From an uncultured archaeon (GTDB lineage Archaea; Asgardarchaeota; Thorarchaeia; Thorarchaeales; Thorarchaeaceae), in assembly GCA_964558645.1 (NCBI GenBank), contig CAZLEV010000001.1, forward strand, positions 349,568 through 413,567: DNA of 64,000 nucleotides, written 5' to 3'. The position numbers and the translations under genes were made by a program. The notes under the pieces are model-generated. The model was given only the letters and a program-made list of their open reading frames with translations. It was not told where the DNA came from and made no database searches. Shown piece after piece: positions 57,601-64,000 of the stretch. How positions within the stretch are numbered: the stretch's first letter is position 1; every line of letters begins with the position of its first letter.

Positions 57601-60600
57601 TTCCTGTCAGATAGTCCGTGTATTTCAAAACGGCGGTTGCATTGTAGAATATGTCTGCAGGGGGAGTTGAGAGAACACTGGCTTGAGTGAGCCTCTGGGT
57701 GATAGTTGCTTCTGTGGAGGTACTAGAGTTGGCATAGAATGGTATTGAATCGCCCCAGAAGAACTTGACAGAGACTGGATGTTTGCTTACCAGTTCGGAT
57801 ACGAGCAACGTGGACTGGATCGAGATCGAGTATACCCCATTGGTGCCAGAGAGTGAGTACTGGCTGCTGGTGAGCGTTTCGCCTGCTCCATGGCCGAGAA
57901 GGAGTTCCAGTTTGCTCAGGGATATCCCCGAACCATCGAGATCATCTGTGACTGTTATTTCGAATGTGACGTTCGAAAGATATGGGGTGTTGAGTGGCGA
58001 TTTTGATATGGTAATCGTTGCGGGTCGGCGAGATACCTCTACTTCAGCTGTTCTGGTTCTATTCTGGTAGTACGGGCTCCCGGTATAGCTTGCTTCAATC
58101 GCTATAGAATAAGTGCCGAATCCGCCAAGTGCCTCAGTAGAGATTCTGACTCTGTACTGACCATCTCCAAGATAATCAACGAAGTAGTTCACACCCAGTT
58201 CTAGGGGTTCATAAGATGAACTGCATGATGCAAGGATGGTCGCATCTGGTATACCTTCGTCGGTGTTATCATCAGAGTACGTTACTGTGATGTTTGCCTG
58301 TGTGAGATAGGGTGCCAGATCTGGAAGGTCACTCGTTAGTTGTGCCCTTCTTCTTGTGACCGTGAGATAGAAGTAGTCGCCTGCGTCCTGACAGTATCTG
58401 CTTCCGCCGTAAATGATGGTCACATTTATTGTGAAAGTGCCCAATGTTTCCAATGCACTTGTGTTAAGGACGACTGTGTAGGTTCCGTCCAGATTGTCAT
58501 AAGATGTGTAATTTCCCTCGAGTGAGGCATCAAGCGTGAGAGTGCCTCCCTGCATGCCCGTACTGGTGAAGTCATCCAAGTCTGTGTAAGTGAATAACAG
58601 GGTAAGATTGTTTGCAAACTGTATCGGCCCATATGCTCCGTGAGTGAGCTCAGTGAATCTTTCTCTCACTGTGATAGGAATCTCTACAGATGTTCTGTTT
58701 TGGTAGAAAGGCTCGCCAGTCCATGTGAAATTCAAGTGGAATGAGTGACTTCCGGGTATCCAAGAAGAGGTATCAATCTCTATGAAGAATGTTCCAGTTC
58801 CATCTCCTTCGTAGTAAATGGTGTATCCTATTACCTCTTGAATCGAAAGGTAGAGGGTCGATGCATTTAGAATTGCCTCTCCTAATAGAACATCCCTGTA
58901 GACTACGGTCAGGTTCACGAGCTCATCATATGGCACTGTAGGAAGTGGTGTCCAGTCAACATTAGTCTGCCGCTGTGTCGTATAGACCGTGATTATGAGG
59001 GTCTGATTCTCGTACAGCGGGAGTTGACCTTTTGTCCAGTTGAACTGAATCCGCAAGTCGCAGGAAATGAGCCCACTGAGATAGGATGTGTCGAACTCGA
59101 TCTGGTACTCTCCTGGATTATTGACAGGATCGAGTTCCGTTATGACCATGAGGCCTTGAGATAGGGCCTGGCCAGCTGTCAACACATCGATGTATAGGTG
59201 AACATTGAATGGATATGAGCCAGTTGCGTTCACTATCCCCGTGTCATTTGCGACATCGTAATATATCACGCTGAATGTGAGATTCTCTCCGTATGGTGTC
59301 ATGACTGGATTTTGTCCAATGAAGATGTCAGTCGGGGTACTCGTGATTCTCACACTTGTTGTAACGGTCTCATTGGAGAACTTGACTGTAGGTCCAGTCC
59401 AGTTAGCGTAGATGATCAGGTCTTTTGTTCCAGTGGAACCCCACTGGCTTGCAGGTAGTGATATAATGTATTCTCCTGATTGGGTTCCATTCGCCACATC
59501 ATAGATGATTGATGGGAACCCTGGGCTCTCAACGTATATCAAGGCATTAGAGCCAACAATCCCGGTATCCGCATCTACGTCATAGTAGACAACAGATATG
59601 ACAACATCTGCTGTGTACGGTGTCGGGTCGATTGGGTTTGTAAGATAGAATGATGTGAGATGGGTTCTAAGCTGCACCTTCACATTGAACGTATGATTTT
59701 GGGCGCCGTATTTCTTAACATTGAACTCCACTGTGTACGTGTCAAGAATGTCATCATCCAGCGAGTACAGATCGACACGATAGACTCCGGGTGTGGCCGT
59801 TTCTGTGACATTGTAATCATCGAAGGTATAGCCATGGAGTGCTGACCAGTTGCAAGTTATGGCATCAGCTGAGTCCGTGATTGGCTGGTCATGATCCGTG
59901 TCAGTATAGGTTATGGTGAATGAGGTTGTGTATCCCACTGGAAGTGACAGCTGGCTTGTTGAGGGAATGGCCGATGTAAACAACTCGCGTACTTCTAGAG
60001 AGAGGACAATCGTGCGTGATTCGTAGTAGTCCTTTGCGGCAGTGATGGCAACATCATACTCGCCGATGCTGACTCCGTCAGTGCCCAGTGTCAGAGTGTA
60101 ATAGCCCGGATTTCCTGTCTGTGGTGCTACGGAGTAGCTGTCATGTGTCCAATCCGTAGTGATCTGTGCGTCAGTTATGGGGTCCCCTTTTTGGTCCTTG
60201 AACTGCACTGTCATCTCGGCGTCGTAACTCATGGGAACGTCTACTCCTGGAGCATCAGGAGAGAGAAGGTCCGTAGTGTAGATGGCGTTGATGATGAAGT
60301 TTCTCGACAATGGGTCATAGAAGTCCTTGTTCCACTCGAGAGAGACGTTGAACGCACCGTTTGATGCAAGCTCTCCCGTGTCCAGTGTTATGCTATACTC
60401 TCCCGTTCCCAGATCATTCATCGTTCCCGACCCGGCAGCCCAAGAGTAGGTCATAACACCCCCGGCAAGCAGATCTGTGTTATCAGCATCTTGGACTCTT
60501 AGCTGCAGAAGAATCAGGTCACCATGAGTCACATTTTTCGTCCACGTTGCTGCAGACCCAACTGGATACTTAACGCTCATGTCAGTGGAGTGTGTTACGC

Positions 60601-63319
60601 TGAACTTCCTTCTGAAGAAGCCGACATTATGGACTGCAGATCCTGAATTCTGATCTGTAACAAATGCTTGGACTTCCCAGTTTCCCACTGATGCGTTGTA
60701 AGGGTTAAGGTTAACGAACTCGGTGACTGCATATCCAGAGCTGTTCACGGTAGCCTGAAGGGATGTCCAGAGCGTGCCATTAGGCAGATATACCGAGAAA
60801 TAGACAATATCTGAGGCGTAGTCTGGCGCGAGAGATACCATGAACCGAGTATCATCATCTGCTCTGAAGTTATTTGTGATGAGCCAAGATGTCGTATATT
60901 CATCCCAAACCTTCAAGCTATCGATTATGTTGGGCGAAGATCCCTTTAGGTACCAGAAGCCGTTTTGGGCACTGGTCGTTATGTCATAGACTGAAACGTT
61001 TAGAGAACCGTCGCCTGGTTCTCCCAAACTCCAACCGGATGTGAGATTATCCAAGCGATAACTTGGCTCTCCCACATGATCTATATCTCGGTTTTCCGGT
61101 ATTGAAACATTGAAGAAGAAGCGATTCTCATAGCCGCCCGGGACAGCAGCGTAGTGGTTCGTGTCCCACCTTATGTCGGTACTATTTTGGGCGAGATAGT
61201 TATCACCATTTGTGAAGGTTTCCGTCTCAGATACAGTCTGTATATCGTATCTTCTTGCAAAGGCAGTCACGAGAACGTCGATCTCAACTGTTATCTCCTC
61301 ATCCGGGTCTGGAGGATTGGGAGTTGGGGTCCATGAGAAGTTGGCGTATACACTGCCCTCAGTCCATGGGGTTGACGGTCGATATGAAACAGTTCCAAGT
61401 CCCAGGATGGGAGTTGACCCCTCAAGTACATTTGAAACATCTTCCCCATTCATCTGTAAATTGATTGATTCAGGAGCCGCCTTGGCTTTTATATAGACGG
61501 CAATATTGTCAAAACGCCCCTCAGGCTTGATGTCGTCTGTTCGATACCATTCAGAATCAGTCACTCGCAGTCCAACCATAATCGAAACATTGGGGAGTGT
61601 GAAATAAGCGGGATCGGTCGGAATCAAACCGGTTGAGTACCAAGTGTTATCATCAGCAATCCCATCAAACGCCATATTCCAGAGATAGTCTCCTCCTTCG
61701 TCTGGGTCACCGACAGTCACGAACAGCTCAAAGAATCCTGTTGGATTGTAGTTCTCCCACCATCTCCCACGGATATCGGCATAGTAGTCAAGTGAAACTC
61801 CGGCCCAAGTGATTTCTCCTCGGTCTATCGTAATGTCTTGTTGGATAAACGCCTTGTCACCAGGATTATACCAGAAACCATAGAGTCCTCCCTCATTTCT
61901 GTGATAATATCCATCTATCATCGCTGTCGCAGCAGCGTCGCCGTCTCCTCCATTTGGCATCCGTCTTGCTATCTTGCGGGTGGTCCCGCTTCTCTCACTT
62001 GTGAATACATAATCAGATCCGTTAAGGGCTATCCCGTAGTTGAATCTGAATTGACCATTACCGCTTCCATCAGAACCCCACTGACCTAGATATGAACCCG
62101 TTGAGGAGAAGTACTGCACTCTGTCGTTCCCAACGTCTGCGACGTAGATGGTGCCGCCTGAGCTTACTGCGACCCCCACTGGAGTCCTGAAGTATCCATT
62201 TCCTCCACTACCATAAAACGAATTCTGGCTACCGACTAGACTCTGGTAGCTACCCGTTGAGCTGAACCTCTGTACTCTGCAGTTGCTAGTATCTGAAACA
62301 ATGATCTCGTCGTTGTTTTGGTTGATTGCGATGCCCGTTGGGCGACGGAGCTGCCCTGTACTTGTTCCGGTTCCTCCAAATTGCCCCTGATAGACCCCGT
62401 GCATATTGAAATACTGTACTCTATCATTGCCCATGTCGGCGACATAGACGTATCCGTTCGAGTTGCGGATTGCAACTCCCATCGGACCGTGGAATTCGGA
62501 TGCTACTTCCCCTGTGCTTCCCCACTGGCTGACGTATTGGCCTTGAGAATCAAAGAGTTGGATTCTGTCATTCCCAGAATCTGCAACATACACATGTCCG
62601 GTCGAGTTGATTGCGATGCCAGTCGGATAACTGAACTCACCATCCCCCGTGCCTGCACTTCCCCATTGAAACTGAAAGGTACCCGTGGCATCGAAGACCT
62701 GTATTCGATTATTGTAACTGTCAGCAACGTAGACATGACCAGAGCTGTTAATGGCAATCCCCCAGGGATCGGTGAAATTACCGCTTTCGCTGCCCCTTGC
62801 TCCCCACTGGCCCTGGTAACCGCCACCAGAAGTGAAGTATTGGACTCTGTTGTTTCCGTTGAAGGCCCCCTCGAGTTGGGAGCTTCCATACACCCAGGCG
62901 CCAGATTCCTCGAAGTCGTTGTTTACTAACCATGTGCGATTCTCAGTGATGCTTGTCAAATTCCCGAAGACCTCATAGCCCTCCCAGTTGTCGCCTAGTG
63001 GAACCGACAGGTTTGCAGTTGTGGTAGTTCCTGAGGGATGATAGACCATCTGTTCACTTGAGAACGAATCGGTGCGTTTACCATATTCTGATGCGATGAG
63101 TGGATCTCCAATACCTGTTACTTGATCTGGAGCAGAAGCTATTTCATACTTCATGAGTACTTCGTCTGGGCCCACGTGTATTTGGGTTCCATCATCAAGC
63201 GTTACCGTTTCACCTTCAGCCTGGTTCCATCCAAGTCCCAAGTCGGGGAACAGACTAGTGGAACTAAACAACAGGGAAACAATAGCCACGAATACTAGTA
63301 TTGTCTTTCGCTTCTGCAT
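54641..63319 (-). CDS. Giant type-I membrane protein B (2892 aa): NHL propeller in the head, ~17 Ig-like modules, TM, ~191-aa cytoplasmic tail
   Basis: Signal peptide, NHL repeats at residues ~156-442, modules collinear with protein A, TM near 55218-55272, ATGA overlap with protein A. Confidence 0.9.
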   Translation of the reverse strand: MQKRKTILVFVAIVSLLFSSTSLFPDLGLGWNQAEGETVTLDDGTQIHVGPDEVLMKYEIASAPDQVTGIGDPLIASEYGKRTDSFSSEQMVYHPSGTTTTANLSVPLGDNWEGYEVFGNLTSITENRTWLVNNDFEESGAWVYGSSQLEGAFNGNNRVQYFTSGGGYQGQWGARGSESGNFTDPWGIAINSSGHVYVADSYNNRIQVFDATGTFQFQWGSAGTGDGEFSYPTGIAINSTGHVYVADSGNDRIQLFDSQGQYVSQWGSTGEVASEFHGPMGVAIRNSNGYVYVADMGNDRVQYFNMHGVYQGQFGGTGTSTGQLRRPTGIAINQNNDEIIVSDTSNCRVQRFSSTGSYQSLVGSQNSFYGSGGNGYFRTPVGVAVSSGGTIYVADVGNDRVQYFSSTGSYLGQWGSDGSGNGQFRFNYGIALNGSDYVFTSERSGTTRKIARRMPNGGDGDAAATAMIDGYYHRNEGGLYGFWYNPGDKAFIQQDITIDRGEITWAGVSLDYYADIRGRWWENYNPTGFFELFVTVGDPDEGGDYLWNMAFDGIADDNTWYSTGLIPTDPAYFTLPNVSIMVGLRVTDSEWYRTDDIKPEGRFDNIAVYIKAKAAPESINLQMNGEDVSNVLEGSTPILGLGTVSYRPSTPWTEGSVYANFSWTPTPNPPDPDEEITVEIDVLVTAFARRYDIQTVSETETFTNGDNYLAQNSTDIRWDTNHYAAVPGGYENRFFFNVSIPENRDIDHVGEPSYRLDNLTSGWSLGEPGDGSLNVSVYDITTSAQNGFWYLKGSSPNIIDSLKVWDEYTTSWLITNNFRADDDTRFMVSLAPDYASDIVYFSVYLPNGTLWTSLQATVNSSGYAVTEFVNLNPYNASVGNWEVQAFVTDQNSGSAVHNVGFFRRKFSVTHSTDMSVKYPVGSAATWTKNVTHGDLILLQLRVQDADNTDLLAGGVMTYSWAAGSGTMNDLGTGEYSITLDTGELASNGAFNVSLEWNKDFYDPLSRNFIINAIYTTDLLSPDAPGVDVPMSYDAEMTVQFKDQKGDPITDAQITTDWTHDSYSVAPQTGNPGYYTLTLGTDGVSIGEYDVAITAAKDYYESRTIVLSLEVRELFTSAIPSTSQLSLPVGYTTSFTITYTDTDHDQPITDSADAITCNWSALHGYTFDDYNVTETATPGVYRVDLYSLDDDILDTYTVEFNVKKYGAQNHTFNVKVQLRTHLTSFYLTNPIDPTPYTADVVISVVYYDVDADTGIVGSNALIYVESPGFPSIIYDVANGTQSGEYIISLPASQWGSTGTKDLIIYANWTGPTVKFSNETVTTSVRITSTPTDIFIGQNPVMTPYGENLTFSVIYYDVANDTGIVNATGSYPFNVHLYIDVLTAGQALSQGLMVITELDPVNNPGEYQIEFDTSYLSGLISCDLRIQFNWTKGQLPLYENQTLIITVYTTQRQTNVDWTPLPTVPYDELVNLTVVYRDVLLGEAILNASTLYLSIQEVIGYTIYYEGDGTGTFFIEIDTSSWIPGSHSFHLNFTWTGEPFYQNRTSVEIPITVRERFTELTHGAYGPIQFANNLTLLFTYTDLDDFTSTGMQGGTLTLDASLEGNYTSYDNLDGTYTVVLNTSALETLGTFTINVTIIYGGSRYCQDAGDYFYLTVTRRRAQLTSDLPDLAPYLTQANITVTYSDDNTDEGIPDATILASCSSSYEPLELGVNYFVDYLGDGQYRVRISTEALGGFGTYSIAIEASYTGSPYYQNRTRTAEVEVSRRPATITISKSPLNTPYLSNVTFEITVTDDLDGSGISLSKLELLLGHGAGETLTSSQYSLSGTNGVYSISIQSTLLVSELVSKHPVSVKFFWGDSIPFYANSSTSTEATITQRLTQASVLSTPPADIFYNATAVLKYTDYLTGNGISGAEVTVSCSNVSVIEYWVLVGADGSYEVRINTTEFPTLGKYRFSANFTWLGTPFYQNKTQLSFSITLNPVSTELALVVPTGVTYYLGDTLEANVTFTSINTGLGIEGANVTTNWQSLYGSTATILEGVGGVYYLTIDTRPLDAGEYPFEVYASSYLHYNRTITADIVLAALPVDIDLDAHPESPEWGTIVTINVNVTNARNGTGVVGGNVNLTVLSDTFAMIEIENGAYSLNLSTLAYNAGEYTLSISFALANYESRQREFQVRISKVPARLTGALDKLVVVNGQNVTIEAQYLIQANDTVIPDGSLSFAWTGGSGILIWNSTLSRYVGHFTIEGVSIRNYQIQVQATSTNYKSISIQLTIEVREINTEITPVDGRTVLSAVAGALANITVHLNNTDLGTGVTGANLIYSISGISGNLSEIEDGWYYALVNTTELAIQEYILRVSSTKDGYASASLQFTLTVTRIRTTVEILTDASQDVYYGQLATFSFSFWDETNSMSVEDATTSFTIGDYTGILLEGENGTYSFTLDTSLVQAGIIPYDISVSFQKTRYEFGYSSVKLRVLPIPTEVIGTLEVDIPVSDDYTQLFQFNDTLNHVLVTDATATAIWEFGADPLTNLGNGSYRFGAVESGIQSLDVRENPYIIRVTFTRGNYSRGEIIVEMTIRQIRTELQVTPPPGTVFSGQTVFVRVTYWDVDHETGIPMAVNSTSGTSLQVLPESSIDFGNGTYVFAFVGTNVQGYEYRIQLNKTNYESSTYSGIVYVTLSPEQQALYTSFGYLALAILGLVAFAAAYIRVWSVPKMLRRIRAMVRQLSRGKIPEPAPVRNRKQVIIDMMNEDLRPVRVVKGSADVAPSTVDISILDIEELLKELAVVVGLAPEDVDTLRGDLEKMRPSERAGFISEVLKQERARRAKDIVEAEKLAEPEKETLDLERKLTEEELDHLRERLVEMGIDGAEAELMIEQARNLSKAEIDALLDQLGGDAE
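61994..62854 (-). repeat. NHL repeats (5 full plus 2 half) within protein B
   Basis: Repeats of F..P.GIA....G.VYVAD.GN.R.Q.F...G.Y..QWG..G...G of about 47-53 aa. Confidence 0.92.
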
Positions 63320-63417
63320 AGCATTTTCACCGGCAAGTTTCGCTTGACGAAGCTCGGATAACCACTGGATAGCTGGGTTTGTCCTCTCTTCTCAATGATG
63401 CAGTGTAATCCGTACAG

Positions 63418-63430
63418 TCTTTTTAATAAT
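63418..63430 (-). promoter_or_regulatory. Candidate TATA element for the giant-protein operon
   Basis: Minus strand ATTATTAAAAAGA about 100 nt upstream of the protein B ATG. Confidence 0.3.
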
Positions 63431-63491
63431 GTCATCATCTTGTCGTTCCCTAAAAAGAACGTTCTGTCATTTTTTCGAAACGTGATACAGT

Positions 63492-63998
63492 CTATGTTCT
63501 TGCCTCACGCCTCTTGAACCAGACCAGTATGAGAACCACCAACACGAAGGTGTACGGAACGATGAACATCATACTGTAGAGAGCATGTGCTCCATTCGAG
63601 GTGCCAGATGTGGGTTCGACAAGTGTCACCCATTCAGTCGTCGCAGAGTTGAGTCCTCTATCATAGGCCTGTACCATAAGAAGGACTCCATGTTCTGGCT
63701 CGAACGCACGGATGCTGAACTGGGTCGTCCACAGACTTCCGTTGTAGGTGCAGAGGAACTCGAGGGTTGTTTCATTAAGACTCACCACGGCCGTGACATT
63801 CTTCACCCCCGCAATGTCGTCCGATACTTCTGCCCACACGGAGAGGTTTCCACCGGCGAAGTCGTGAGGCTCATATCCCCAGTTCCATATTGTCGGCGGA
63901 AGGGTATCTGCTACCGAGAAAACCATGTCATGCTTTCTCTGCTTAGCCTGTTGAAGCGCATCGTAGCAGCCATGCCAGTCCATGGATTCGTATCTCTC
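63492..63998 (-). CDS. C-terminal part of a membrane-anchored surface protein (5'-truncated by the window edge)
   Basis: Frame is open to the window end; Ig-like segment (DTLPP...VSDD.AGV..V...AYD) and a TM followed by KRREART. Confidence 0.7.
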   Translation of the reverse strand, partial: ERYESMDWHGCYDALQQAKQRKHDMVFSVADTLPPTIWNWGYEPHDFAGGNLSVWAEVSDDIAGVKNVTAVVSLNETTLEFLCTYNGSLWTTQFSIRAFEPEHGVLLMVQAYDRGLNSATTEWVTLVEPTSGTSNGAHALYSMMFIVPYTFVLVVLILVWFKRREART

Positions 63999-64000
63999 AC

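Noticed and set aside
61994-62854. NHL repeats as a DGR target or CRISPR-like array
   Set aside because: The repeats are diverged at DNA level and in frame; there is no reverse transcriptase, template repeat or cas gene in the window.
46905-63319. Giant proteins as true integrins, teneurins/RHS toxins or simple S-layer proteins
   Set aside because: No FG-GAP, vWA/MIDAS, EGF or YD repeats were recognised, and the long conserved cytoplasmic tails are unlike typical S-layer anchors.
1-64000. Selenocysteine/pyrrolysine read-through or programmed frameshifts
   Set aside because: The redox and Fe-S proteins appear complete with Cys at the expected sites, and I saw no split gene needing recoding.

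Overview
A gene-dense archaeal chromosomal window of about 45 CDS. I recognised no rRNA, tRNA, CRISPR array, transposase or integrase. The marker mix is archaeal-type ThrRS, tetraether synthase, a Rab-like GTPase beside a longin-like protein, a PPP phosphatase and many C-terminally anchored surface proteins. This points by inference to an Asgard archaeon, probably Thorarchaeia-like. Most genes cover amino-acid and redox metabolism (Thr dehydratase, Thr dehydrogenase, saccharopine dehydrogenase family, PPDK, ADP-forming acyl-CoA synthetase alpha, two disulfide reductases). The standout candidate system is at 46.9-63.3 kb: two translationally coupled giant type-I membrane proteins (2892 and 2579 aa). 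They are collinear paralogues, each with about 17 Ig-like stalk modules and a conserved ~190-aa cytoplasmic tail, and they differ mainly by a six-bladed NHL propeller inserted in the head of one chain. This looks like a length-matched heterodimeric adhesion or receptor complex. Other candidates are a DUF362-phosphoribosyltransferase-PHP-flippase operon (possible lipid-linked pentose donor pathway), a Zn-ribbon/longin/14-TM/Rab module, a circularly permuted peptide-binding protein, a secreted clan CD protease, and an opisthokont-like TyrRS. All calls rest on motifs read by eye; no database searches were run.
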